A stretch of 62,752 nt of DNA, filler included, from Nemertoderma westbladi (Eukaryota; Animalia; Xenacoelomorpha): NCBI GenBank assembly GCA_032718475.1. It is 3 parts of 3 records of this genome, joined end to end, with 100 filler letters (N's around TTAATTAATTAA, not from the genome) between each part and the next. Parts side by side here need not be neighbours in the genome. Positions count along the whole stretch, not along the records: positions 1 to 30,735 come from JAUCBJ010000994.1; 2 more parts are not named here. One strand, given 5' to 3'. The translations under genes were made by a program, and so were the position numbers. Shown here one piece after another: positions 1 through 11,006 of this stretch (the first letter of the stretch is position 1; the number at the start of each line of letters is the position of its first letter). The notes below the pieces were generated by a model that ran no database searches, was not told the origin of the DNA, and was given only the letters and a program-made list of their open reading frames with translations.

Positions 1-713
1 AAGCGCGAACATACACCATTTTCGGACAACTCTTCGATTTATCACTCTCAGCGATTCAAAATTGTTTGGTTTTCGCTAAAATTTGGAATATAGGTGCCTA
101 AGATGCTATTCTACATGACAGGTCAGAAATTTTTTTTTTTCGCTATTTAATATTAGTTAATACTAGTTAACAACAAAAAAAACTTGGTTGCGCTTAAAAC
201 CCTAAGGCTTTTACAGTTTTGAACCTAATCACATGAAAGTTTTTTTATATGATAGATCAAAGATGGGGCAACATAACTATCAGGCGAAATTTTGTTAAAA
301 TAATTCTGCACCGCTAGGTGGCGCTGCAAATTTATGCAAATTTTTAGGTTTTTTATAAATAGTATTAAATTTTATTAACAAAAAATTTCGAAAAGTTGCC
401 TGATACTTTTATGCAGGGTGACTATCTAGACACCCACAGGAAGTTTCAGACTAATTACTCAAAAATTGTAGAAGTAGTAGGGTTTTGAAGTTGACAATTT
501 CATGAAAAAAATATTTGGAGATAATCGACCTTTCATTATACATAGTAATAGTAATTTCAATAGGATTCCGTAAATGGAAATTTACATAACTTGAAAACTG
601 AAAGAGCTATTAAGTAGCGGTTTTCAGATTTGGAAACACCATTCAATGGTGCATTACAATAGACCATAAAAAAAATTTCGACATATTTTGGACCAAAATG
701 GTGTACCCCCCCC
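1..713. mobile_element. Right end of a TTAA-targeting non-autonomous DNA transposon (Kolobok-like)
   Basis: Ends ...GGTGTACCCCCCCC|TTAA (714-717). The paralogous flank at 21591 reads ACA-TTAA-GTAAGG with no insert (empty site). A pyrimidine 3' terminus plus TTAA fits Kolobok better than piggyBac. The left end is outside the window. Confidence 0.5.
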
Positions 714-1185
714 TTAAGTAAGGCAGCATCAGGAGTTGAAGAGTACAATAATTGGAAAAAAGTACCAATTTAAGAATAAAATTACGTATTACATGGTCGA
801 ATAAACGTAGAACATCTATTTTTCAATATTCTCTCGGCCCTTTATTAACTTCGATGGCGCTCGCTAAATAAAATGTCTTGAGAACAATAAATAAAAGTTC
901 TACTTTTCCCATGTAATAAATAATTATTATGATATTAACTACACTTTATGCGCATGGTTACTATTATCACAGAATAAGACAACCATTTAAAATATTAGTA
1001 ATAATGCCAACAATTAATTATTAAAACATTAGCCAACAAATTTCGACAAATTCGCAGCGCCATCTAGAGGTCCAAAATAATTTTTAAAATTGTCCAATAG
1101 ATATAAGATATTATTGATCGTCTTTATTAATCGCTCCATAAATTAGTGGGAAGTTATTCATTTGAGTTCAATAGATTGGATAATA
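714..1185 (+). repeat. Dispersed duplicate, copy 1 (paralogue of 21591-22059 plus 24391-24446)
   Basis: Colinear high similarity from TTAAGTAAGGCAGCATCAGGAGTTGAAGAG to AATAGAT..GGATA. This copy lacks a ~70-bp segment and the Helitron insertions. Confidence 0.85.
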
Positions 1186-1849
1186 GTGTTTGGTTAACTC
1201 AGTATTTACCGCACTATTTCAATATATCATGTCCACCTAACCATTTTAGCATATAAAGTGAAGGAGATAAATTATTATAGTTCTTGAATATCTATAGTGT
1301 AGTTGCCAAGATAACCTGATTCAAATTTCTCAAGGAAGGTCACTGAATTACCAGATAGTGAATTCATTATATGTTACATTAGTAGTAAAATAAGATAACG
1401 CGTCTGTGAGTTGAGTATCATTTTGGGTCGAGAAAACCATTAAGGTCGGTAAATTCCTACTTTATGAGATCGCCCGGGCATTTCTTCCTCTAAGATTTGG
1501 CCCGAGGATGTAAATCTCCTTAGTAGATTATCCTCCATCCCCTTCTTACAACAGAAAACTAACTGAAATCAAACTAAGTAGTTGTACTCTTTAAAAACGA
1601 ACCTGCCTTGTATTAGATAAATAAAATAAAGAAGAAGTTGTTTTGTTTTAAAGATAATAAAATAAAATGTAAAAATGTGTTGGCCTACTCTCAAAAAAAT
1701 CGAGCAAAAATATTTATTGTATTTAGTAGTGTTGCTACGATACAGCGATAAACAATACTTTCACTTTAAAACCCTTGAGTGTATAAAATTGTACAACACA
1801 AAAGTTGGTTTCGGGTATAAGCATTTTTGATTTTCTCCATTTATAACGT

Positions 1850-1870
1850 GGGGAGCGCTCACCCCTCTAG
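1850..1870 (+). mobile_element. Possible Helitron 3' terminus (hairpin plus CTAG)
   Basis: GGGG-AGCGCTCA-CCCC hairpin followed by T-CTAG-T. The 5' end was not identified. Confidence 0.3.
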
Positions 1871-1876
1871 TTACAG

Positions 1877-2033
1877 TGTCGCAAGTCTCACAAGGGTAAT
1901 AAAGAATACAGAGCAAGTAGTGAAGTACGTCGTATAACGACAACAATACAGCCAAGTACGGTAGGGCTGAGCACAGTGGTAGCATATGATGGTATTGACT
2001 GATGGGAGGCCATGAGGAGGTAAGTTGCGGACA
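1877..2033. mobile_element. Candidate solo LTR
   Basis: TG...CA ends with an imperfect inverted repeat (TGTCGCAA / TTGCGGACA), flanks TACAG / TACAA (near 5-bp TSD) and an internal AATAAA. Confidence 0.35.
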
Positions 2034-2074
2034 TACAAGGTATCAGATAGTATTTCTAGGTCTATCTTTTACCT

Positions 2075-2200
2075 GAGCCGCTAGCTGAATGGTTAGAGCG
2101 TCAGGCTTCCAACTCGGAGGTCACCAGTTCGATCCCACCTGGATGTCATTGCCGACTTTGCAAAGCTGTGCCCAACAAAAGTTATAATAATGGCGGTGGG
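2075..2200 (+). mobile_element. tRNA-derived SINE head or tRNA pseudogene
   Basis: A-box TAGCTGAATGG and B-box GTTCGATCC at tRNA spacing; stems do not close into a proper cloverleaf. Confidence 0.55.
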
Positions 2201-2997
2201 ACACGCCCTTCAGTTCCAAAATTATTACTGATTTTTTTTAAACATTATGTTTATTGTTTACAAAATAATGCAAATAAGTTTTCTAACCACAGAACACCAT
2301 GCTCGCTATGTCAATATTAACAAAGAGCTACAGAGTGTCAAAAGAAATCAATTAAGTGCTCTGTTAAGGTTATCTAAAGTCATCAACTATGATTGTGAGG
2401 TTATCAATTAATTTTTTAATCATTAAAAATATCTGATGAAAATAATAGAACGAGGTAGATAGACAATAAAGCGAGTTAAGGGAAATAAACAATACAACTT
2501 AGACAATTCAATTTATTAGACATCATGGTTGAATTGGATAAAATTAACCAAAAACAACCAATTATTTTATCGGGAAAAATCTCGAACAAGAGGGAAAAAT
2601 AATTTCTAATTTAATAATTAATTAGATAGATATTAAAGTAATGCGTTATTATTGACAGTGTGATAAACTAATTCTGATAAATATAAACAAACCGCACACA
2701 AAAATAAAAAGAACCCATTGGCTAATTTAATTGAAATACAACTGAGTGGTAATACTTTTACTATAAGGTTAAATATATGTGACGATTGTTTACACCCACC
2801 ACCACCACCATTGAAACCTCCGTAGAGCAACGTTTCCATGACAACCGCCAGTCTATTCGTCGCCTTAATGTTCCAATAACCCGCCCTCCTCTACAAATAA
2901 ATAAAGCACATTGAGTTGACCCTACCAGCACAACCATCGACGCGCGATTGATTGGTTAACCGGTAGGAATAAAACAGCCTTACGATTCGGCCAATAG

Positions 2998-3391
2998 CTA
3001 GCTGTTCTGTTGGGAGTCACCGTTAAGCATAGCCTCAGCGGAGCCGTTTAATTGGTCGGCTGAAACGCTCGAAGTCCTTAGGGGCGAGTGGGGGGAAGCC
3101 AGTTGGGCCTTCAACTGCGTGGCGACTTGGCGTTCAGACTGTAACGCGATATCCCGCTCCGTTCTCAGTTCAACCATCTCCTCTTTTATCGCCTCCAACT
3201 CCACTCGCGTCGCTTCCAACTCGATGGCTGAGTCGTCCATGCCCTCCTTCCATTTGGTGTGCTCGGTATTAACTGACGCTTCCAGCTCGTGTAGGATTGT
3301 TTCAGTTTGATCGAGACCCAACTTAAACTGATCGCATTTGGTCTGTAGACTACTGTTCTCGGATTCAGCGGAAGCTAGACGAGAGTGCAAA
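2998..3391 (-). pseudogene. Kinectin/RRBP1-family coiled-coil gene remnant, last exon
   Basis: Acceptor TTACAG| before 3391, phase 2. Encodes LHSRLASAESENSSLQTKCDQFKLGLDQTETILHELEASVNTEHTKWKEG..., matching the kinectin/p180 C-terminal pattern C..YK..L.ETEGIL..L..SVE.EE.KWK. Stop TAG at 2998-3000. Confidence 0.7.
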
Positions 3392-4023
3392 CTGTAATCA
3401 ACAATTAAAAATAAGTGAGAAACATTGAAATATGAACAAAAATAATAATTTCTAATTATTTATAATAAATTAAAAATTTATCATTAGATGTTCACTTTAT
3501 GATTGTAATGCGAATAGATTTACTTCGGGAACGAAAAGAGGAAAGTGAGTATCAACAACGAGTTGCACCCATCATGAGGAGAATATCCAGGTTTTCACTT
3601 CTCGGTCGACTTTTTATTCGAATTTTATATAGGAAGAATTTGTATTTTTTAAATTATCCGTATTAAGTGTTTTATAGCTCTTATTTCTGTCAGATAACCT
3701 GTACAGATTCTAATTCGTTTATTGTTTTGGTTATATTCAGCCATTCTGGAACCAGGATTTTTAGGGAAGACCTGGAATTCTTCACATGGGAGCAAACTGC
3801 AAAGTTAAATATAACAGCAGAGATCGCAACCCATCAGAGTTTAAATTTCATTGTCAAATTTGTTAAATACCACAAAATTCGTAACCAAAAGTTCGCAATC
3901 AACTCAAACCATTGGAAAAAAATCACACATTATACATTGGACCAAAGTAACTCACTCACAACAGTTGTACAGATTTGTGAGACAAGGCGGGAGTCCAGAT
4001 TGGGTAAGTTAACATTCACTTAC

Positions 4024-4196
4024 TCGGTAATCTGAGTTTCCAGATCCAGAAATCTGGATTCCAGATAATTGGTTACTTTGTCCTCATACTCGGCGTCCCA
4101 TTGGTCAATATTCTCGGGAATATCAACATCAGGAAATAGTTTCTGGAACACGGAGTACTGGTCATGTAAAGCCCGTCTTTGGGCTTCCTCGGCAAC
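4024..4196 (-). pseudogene. Kinectin/RRBP1-family remnant, penultimate exon
   Basis: Bounded by TTCCAATACAG| and |GTAAGT. 173 bp (phase 0 to 2) splices in frame to the last exon. Encodes VAEEAQRRALHDQYSVFQKLFPDVDIPENIDQWDAEYEDKVTNYLESRFLDLETQITD (LFP...W motif). Confidence 0.75.
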
Positions 4197-4666
4197 CTGT
4201 ATTGGAAATATAGTGAGTTAAAAACAATTGAGAATAAAAGGGACATACAACATATAGAATGGGTGGCTGAATAAATAATATATATTGAGAAGGGCTTCGT
4301 GTTGTTTTGGGCGGCGGTCACCGAAGGAGGCAGGTCGCTCTCCTCTAGTCCAACACTGTCTCCAGGGAGGTCGTCGTTCGTGCTGTGCGGTGTCTGCATA
4401 TGGCCGGACTTGGGAAATGTAAAGAAAATAAAGAAACTTTCCGAGACATTTTTCCGGAAATTTCCGATTTTATTAATAATGTACAGTATTATAAAATTTA
4501 CCTTTAATAGGAAATATTTACAGAATAACTTCTTATTAATTGCATAAAATGTAATAATAAGATTTGAACTAAAATTGTGATTGTGACTTGGTGTTTTGGC
4601 ATTTCATTGTTATATATTTTATATTGAACGCAATTTCGGAAATTAATAAATTTTCAATTTTAACTC

Positions 4667-4927
4667 TGTGATGTTCTTAGTTCTCGATATAATAAGATAT
4701 AACGTACAGAAACTATTGCAGAACAGAATAGACAAAATAATATAATAATATGCCTAGCGACTTCAGTACTGTCTGGTCCCTTGACTGAGCAGTTGCACCT
4801 GCTTTTATATAAAAAGCCCCAACAGAATGGAACGTATATATATCTATCCAATCACCATGAACTACTGTCCTACATGTATATGGGGCGAGCCATATAATAA
4901 TACGTATGTATGACGTATGTCATTACA
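4667..4927 (-). repeat. 3' LTR (261 bp)
   Basis: Identical by eye to 9587-9847 (offset 4920). Confidence 0.97.
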
Positions 4928-4936
4928 CCCCCCTTC
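4928..4936 (-). promoter_or_regulatory. Polypurine tract
   Basis: GAAGGGGGG on the minus strand directly abutting the 3' LTR. Confidence 0.85.
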
Positions 4937-4951
4937 GAGCTCCGTAGGAGT

Positions 4952-7900
4952 TTATAACCGTATAGGTGGTTGACGATGACGTGAGGGGTATCGGCGAGTT
5001 TGGGGGCTGTGGTTTAGTTTGGGGTCCCAATGTACAGTTTTGTGTGACCGGGTGGGGTCGACGTCCGCCGCGGTCATGGGACTAGAGGACGTAGAGGTGT
5101 CCGGACCCAAAGTGGGTGGTTCAGCCGCACTGGAGAGTGGTTTGGAGGTGTCGACGAGGAGAAAGCGTCGGTTTCTCGTCACAGTACGGCCGGAGGGGGT
5201 TCGCACTGTGTATCGCCGATTGGGTCCAACCTCTACCACGGTTCCCTTGCGGTCCCAGCGATGTGAGTGGGGGTCCTGGATGACTACGGGGTCGTGGACA
5301 GCAAGGGGTGGGAGATTGCGGGCCGACTTGTTGTAGTCGGCAATTTGGGCAGCGCGGAGCGGGGTTGCGATTTTGTCTAGCCGGCGACGCGTGGCCTGGT
5401 GACCCGCCGCGAAAGCACTGTGATGGGCGGGAATACGGGTCCGCAGGGGGTGACCGTACACCACCTGCGCGGGAGAAAGTCCGGTCTCCCGAGGGCTATT
5501 CCGGAGGGCTAGTAGACCCTCGGCGAATGCTGGTGAGTCAGGGCGGCCTCCTGTTTTATCTAGAAGTCCTTTGAGCGCCTTCCGCGTGTCCGTTACCCTG
5601 TGGGTATTCCGCGGATGAAGTAACCGGGGTGACGCCCCACTCGTTGAGGAAGGTGGTTGTAGCGCCGGCGGTCAGGGGGGTACCGCCGTCCGACCGCAGA
5701 CGGGTTGGGATTCCGTAGCGGGTAAACCATTGTCGCAGGGCGGCGATGGTTGGGAGGGCGGATGGGTGACCTGAGAAGGTGTGTAGGTCTGGCCACCCGC
5801 TATACCTGTCGACGAGGGCGAGATAGTGGCGGCCGTTCAACTGGAAGAAGTCGGCCGAAATGTCCTCGAATATGCGGGTCGGTAGGGGTTCTTCAAGGAA
5901 GGGTTCCTTTGGTAGCGTAGCGCGGTGGCGTAGGCACGAAGGACAGTTGGCGACGGAGGTCCGTACGTCGTTAGTCAAGCCCGGCCAATAGACGCACTGC
6001 CGGGCCCGACGGAGGGACTTATCGACACCCTGGTGAGGGGTATGGAGCCGCTCCAAGGTGTTAGCGCGGGACGCTAGGGGAATGACGAGCCGCTCCCCAT
6101 AGAGGATGAGGTCGCCGTCGGTGGAGAGGGAGTCTCGCAGGGCCCAGTATGCACCGACAGCGGGATCGCTGCGGGTACTGGGGGGAAAACCGGCGAGGAC
6201 CGCTGTGTGAAGAGACATGTAGGCGGGGTCAGCGCGAGCACCAGCGGCAAGGTCCTGTAGAATAGGGTCCGCAAGGTGGTCGTCCCCAGAGATGGCCGAA
6301 ATCGTGGCGATGGTGACGGAATGGAGACAGTACGCTGTCTCTCCGTCGTCTACGAGGTCGTCGGGTGTCGGCTGGTCTACGGGTGACCGGGACAGGGCGT
6401 CGGGAATGGCGTGAGATTTACCCTTGCACCAGGAGGTAGTGAACTGGTATGGCGCCAGCTTGGATTTTAGTCGTTGTATACGGGCGTTTTCCACTTCCGA
6501 GAACGATTTGCGTGCGGTCTAAGATGGCGACCAGCGGTTGATGGTCAGTGACCAGGGAGAAGGTGGGGAGCCCGAGGAGGAAGTTGCGGCATTTTTGGAT
6601 GGCCCATACTACCGCTAGAAGTTCCAACTCAATAGTGGCGTATCGAGACTCTGTGGGTGTTATAAACTGAGATCCGCATTCTATAAGGCGCCACTCTGTC
6701 CCGTGGCGCTGGAGAAGGGCGTAGCCGAGCCCATTGAGCCGAGAAGCGTCAGTTACGAGCTTAGTGTCGGCGGAGACGTCGAATGGGGCCAGAACCGGGG
6801 GTGTAGTTAAGGCCGCCTTGGCGGCGTCGAATGCGCGATTGTGGTCGGTTGTCCAGATGTATGGCGATTTCACCGATAGGAGCGGGCGTAGTGGTAGGAG
6901 CATCTCGGATATCTCTGAGGAGAAAGGAGCGAGTTGTTCTACGAGCCCGATGAAACTTCGGAGATCGGTTAGAGTTTCTGGACGAGGGAAGGAGGCTATA
7001 GCGGAGAGTTTTGCGGGGTCGGCGTGGATGCCGTCCGTTCCGACCAGGTAGCCGCCGAATTTTACCTGGGATTGGGCGAGCTGCACTTTACCGGGGTGCG
7101 GGCAAATACCTTTTTCCCTGCAGCGTTCGAGGAAACGGTGGATGGACACCAGATGTTCCTCTAGTGTGTCGTCATAGAGTAAGACGTCGTCGACGATCTT
7201 TATCATCCGAGGAAGTCCCTCGAGCGCCGCGTCGCCCCGTCTGTTAAACTCATCTCCGGAAGAGATAAGGCCCATCACACTCCGGGTGTGTTTATACCGC
7301 CCCCATGGCGTGACGAACGTCGTCAGCAGCTGGGACTCAGGGTCAAGGGGGACCTGCCAGTATCCATGGGCGGCGTCGAAGACTGAAAAGTACTTTGCAG
7401 TCCGCGAGATTTCGGCGATTTTTAGACGGGGGTTTGGTGTCGGGTAGTATGGCCTCTTTACTTGGGAGTTCAGGCCGCGTAAGTCCACGCAGAGGCGCAG
7501 TTTTCCGCTTGGCTTGCGTGTTACGGTAAGCGGGTGGGCCCAGTCTGTGGGTTCTTCCACGCGCTCGATAATATCGCGGCGTTCTAGATCGTCAAGAAGA
7601 GTTTTTACTTCGTCGCGAAGTGCGATGGCGATGGGTCGAGCGCCTTTGACATGGTAAGGCGTCGCACCCTCCTTGAGTTCGATATGCATCGCGGTACCAG
7701 GGATGGTTGGTAAGGGGGTTGCTTCGTCGTCGAAAACGTCCCCGAATGAGTTGAGGAGGTCCCTGGCTGAGGGCGCGCTGTCTGCGCCTGTGGGTGTTGC
7801 CGACTTCGTCTCGCGAACCGTAGCCGAAGAAATCGGGAGAACCGCAGCGGGCTGGGGGAAACTTGACGGGAGTATCCCCAGATCCATGCAAACCGATTTG

Positions 7901-9529
7901 CTAAGGATCAGCCCCTGCGTCTCCGGAGAGATAACGATTTCCGTTGTAGCGGAATTTTGGCCGGAGGAGATGACGGCGGGTAGGCGACCGCGAGTTTGTA
8001 TCGGTAGTCCGTCGGCCGCGACGAGATCCATGCTGGAGGAAGGTAGTAGATCCCTCCCGACTCCCCCAAGTTGGTGGAACAAGTTCTCGTTGAGGAGTGT
8101 AGCTGCCGCGCCGCTGTCCGGAAGCGCGCGTTTTATCGTGCCGAGTCGAATACCGGTAGTGGAGTTAGTGAGGGTTACAGCGAGGTAATCCAGTTTGCAT
8201 ACCGCCGCGCGGTATTCTAAGCGGTTGATTGAGTCGCGGTAAAGCACCGTGTTTGTAGAAGAGGGTTTCTTTGAGGATCCGCTGGATCGGCACACCTTTC
8301 GGAAGTGCCCCTTTTTGCCGCAGCCGCTGCAGTTAACTTCGCGGGCAGGGCATGCGGATTTGTCGGAGTGCTTTACTTGCCCACAGTTTCCGCAAGTGTG
8401 GGCGCGATTGTTCCCCGGCCCAGTGGAGGAGGATCTCCAGGGATGCTGGGAACCGGTCGATGGGGGCGTCGGAGCACCCTGTCGCGTTGGAGAACGGCCG
8501 CCGCGCTTTTTGTATTGGGAGATTTTAGAAACCGAGCGCGAACTCCCTAGTACTTGGGTGTTTTTAGCGCTGGACTCCCAGTTCTGGCAGATAGTGCGAG
8601 TTTCTTCTAGTGAGGGTCGGGGTAGTAATTTCAGGAGTTCTTGTTGAGTCTCGGTACAGTACAGCCCAACGAGAATCTGAGTGACTATCTGGTTGTCCCG
8701 GCACTCCGCGCACAGTTCTGCGAGTTCGGCGAGGTGTTTTAATGACCGATAGAAGTCATCGAAAGTTTCGGTAGCGCCCTGGCGGCGTCTGTGGAATTGC
8801 ATGCAGTCGAGAGCGATGCTGCGTTTACCGCGGAGGTGTTGCTGCAACCCATCGAGAATCGTCGCCGCGTCCACCTCGCCATTGTCCGGATCCAGTTCCA
8901 GGGCACAGGGTGTAGCGGACAACGTCGTGTAGGCCTGATCCCAGGGCGGTGAGGAGTGTGTATACTACTTCGCTGCGTGGGAATGTTTCTGCGCTCTGGC
9001 GGCGGAGATTGCTGTCCCAACTGTCCCGCCAACGGCGGAAGGCGGGCAGTTCGACCGAAGTATCAATGCGGTCTAGATTTCCGATATCTTTGGTGCGGCG
9101 ACGCGTGGGGGCCGCCTGTGGGGGATCGGGTTGTCCTACGGGATTATCGGCGAAGTGCGGACGGCCGAGGTGGGCGAGAATGTCCGCTAAACGGCGATTA
9201 GCAGCCGCTTGTTCTTCCCGATGTTCGCGTTGCTGCTCTTCCAAACGGCGGTTCGCGTTTTCCTGTTGCTGCGCCATGAGTTCCAGGAGTTGCGCCATGC
9301 TGGGTTGGCCACCGGTAGCCGCGTCGGTTTCCTCGAAGCGGGCGGGTGTATCGGCGATCCGAGCGTTGAGTTTCTTGCGAAGCGTTGCATCGGATGTTTT
9401 CGATGTCGTTGGGATCCTGGCGTCAGCGCAATACTGAATCAGTTTTGAACGATCCAACGACGCGACCTCGGCGGGTGAGAGGTCCGACCAGCAAGGTTCC
9501 TCAGCGGAAGAAGCATCGGAATCCGCCAT
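4952..9529 (-). pseudogene. Gag-Pol polyprotein (~1525 codons), broken by three frameshifts into ORFs 8825-9529, 6418-8922, 5556-6494 and 4952-5464
   Basis: Zn knuckles CGNCGQVKHSDKSAC and CSGCGKKGHFRKVC; protease LPDSGA; RT LRLCVDLRGLN and KIVDDVL; RNase H VTDAS, ELELLAV, TDHQPL; integrase H-H-C-C and D(ADFF), D(SDGG), E(GHAE). Confidence 0.92.
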
Positions 9530-9570
9530 CGTATTGGGAGTTTAGTTTGTCTGAAGTTCAGTACTGAAGG

Positions 9571-9586
9571 CCTACTCGCAGCGCCA
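9571..9586 (-). promoter_or_regulatory. Primer-binding site, probably tRNA-Ser
   Basis: TGGCGCTGCGAGTAGG immediately after the 5' LTR; resembles the complement of metazoan tRNA-Ser 3' ends. Confidence 0.7.
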
Positions 9587-9847
9587 TGTGATGTTCTTAG
9601 TTCTCGATATAATAAGATATAACGTACAGAAACTATTGCAGAACAGAATAGACAAAATAATATAATAATATGCCTAGCGACTTCAGTACTGTCTGGTCCC
9701 TTGACTGAGCAGTTGCACCTGCTTTTATATAAAAAGCCCCAACAGAATGGAACGTATATATATCTATCCAATCACCATGAACTACTGTCCTACATGTATA
9801 TGGGGCGAGCCATATAATAATACGTATGTATGACGTATGTCATTACA
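9587..9847 (-). repeat. 5' LTR (261 bp)
   Basis: Identical to 4667-4927; followed by the PBS on the minus strand. Confidence 0.97.
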
Positions 9848-10185
9848 AACTCTTTTACAATTTTACCTACAATTTGGCCAGTTTATACACAATAATTCTA
9901 AAAACAAATAGGAAAACACAAGTAGAGTAAATAACTCTAGAAGGAAGTGATTCCATCTTCGTTGTGTTGAGGCGGTTCGTTGTTTTGGCTCTTGTGGTCT
10001 TTACTACACGGGTGAAGTATACTTTTCCGGAAATTTCAGGAAATTGAAAAAACATATTTCCGGAAAAATCACTACTATGCCGGACAACCACCCATTTATT
10101 GATTACCTAATTAAATAAAGTAAAATAAAAAATCAACTTAAATCCATTTGTTACTGGGAAAGGGAACATAAAATAATGGCGATAC

Positions 10186-10312
10186 CTTAACGTCACCATC
10201 CTTCCGAGCTGCTTCTAGTTGATTCAACTGCTCCATCACCTTCCAGTTCTTCTCCCATAATTCATTGTTCTTCACTGTTCTTTGACTTCTGTCTATCGAC
10301 CTCTTTGTTTAA
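10186..10312 (-). pseudogene. Kinectin/RRBP1-family remnant, truncated and frameshifted upstream exon
   Basis: Encodes LNKEVDRQKSK-NNELWEKNWKVMEQLNQLEAARKDGDVK (cf. the RRBP1 motif KNNDLREKNWKAMEAL). Donor AAG|GTATC is phase 0. A 10-bp tandem duplication at 10263-10282 shifts the frame. Confidence 0.75.
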
Positions 10313-11006
10313 CCAAAGCGCGTCGGCCCGGTCCGCGACGCGGTCGAGGTCGCGGAAGTCCTCCTCGGCGAGTTGGAGGCGGATGGCGTCGGGCATCTGG
10401 CGGAGGAACGCCTCCTCGAACAGCAGGCAGTGGTGGTCGTCACCGAGGCCATTCAAGTCCCAGAGCCGCACGACGCGGTCGCGGCGGGAGAGTTAGAATA
10501 CCATGAGGAGTTTGGCCTTGATCTGGGCTGGGCGTACTGGTTGACAGCAGGGGCGTCCTGGATCAGCTGGAGGCGGCGGCTGGCGGTGTCTTGGTCGAGC
10601 AGTAGTCTGGTAGTAGTACTTCGTGGCTTCGGCTGTGACGCCCCGGATGGCGAACTGTGCCTCGGGCTGGCAGCTGGTTAGTCCAGAAGACGGGCAGTTT
10701 CAGGGCAACGCCATTTGCCTCGGCCATGGTGAAGGCGCTGGGGTGGGGTGGGGTGCGAGTTGCAGTTCGGCTCAACAAATCGTGCTGAGCCATTGTGGTC
10801 ACCAATGTGGCAGTATGCAAAAGTCACTGTCTGACTAACTCAGTAACTGTCTGACTGTGCTGTACTGCTGTATCCAGGCAACATCTGTATACGTATATTC
10901 AAAACCTTAGCAGAGCGATACCGGTAAGCAGTATATCTCAAGTCACTCTGTCTGAGTCTGTAATGCCCTACGCAGCTACGCATAGTTTGTAAGTGGCACC
11001 GCCACA
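10313..11006 (-). mobile_element. Truncated second Gypsy element: 5' LTR (10806-11006), PBS and decayed gag (10313-10727)
   Basis: LTR ends TGTGGC...GCCACA; PBS TGGTGACC (tRNA-Trp-like) at 10797-10804. Fragmented gag reads MAEANGVALKLPVFWTNQ..EAQFAIRGVTAEATKYYY..LDQDTA..LFEEAFLRQMPDAIRLQL..ADRADALW. Confidence 0.8.

Larger units (their letters stand above)
4667..9847 (-). mobile_element. Full-length Ty3/Gypsy LTR retrotransposon, Mag-clade-like
   Basis: Two identical 261-bp TG...CA LTRs, 5-bp TSD AACTC (4662-4666, 9848-9852), PBS, PPT, gag with tandem CCHC knuckles, domain order PR-RT-RH-IN. Confidence 0.97.
4258..10096. mobile_element. Possible intronic MITE hosting the LTR element
   Basis: Inverted ends AATGGGTGGCTG / CAACCACCCATT, with CCGGAAATTTC-type subterminal motifs on both sides (4430-4470, 10020-10070). 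TSD unclear. Confidence 0.3.

Noticed and set aside
2075-2150. Functional tRNA gene (also 58610-58680)
   Set aside because: A and B boxes are present but the acceptor and anticodon stems do not pair; SINE bodies follow.
4073-4399. 108-aa ORF as a gene
   Set aside because: It overlaps the real exon in a different frame and runs through intron sequence.
8825-8922. Programmed gag-pol ribosomal frameshift
   Set aside because: The break falls inside gag, before the Zn knuckles, has no slippery heptamer and is explained by a 7-bp insertion.
9439-9771. ORFs starting in the LTRs (also 4660-4851)
   Set aside because: Incidental LTR-derived frames with no recognisable motifs.
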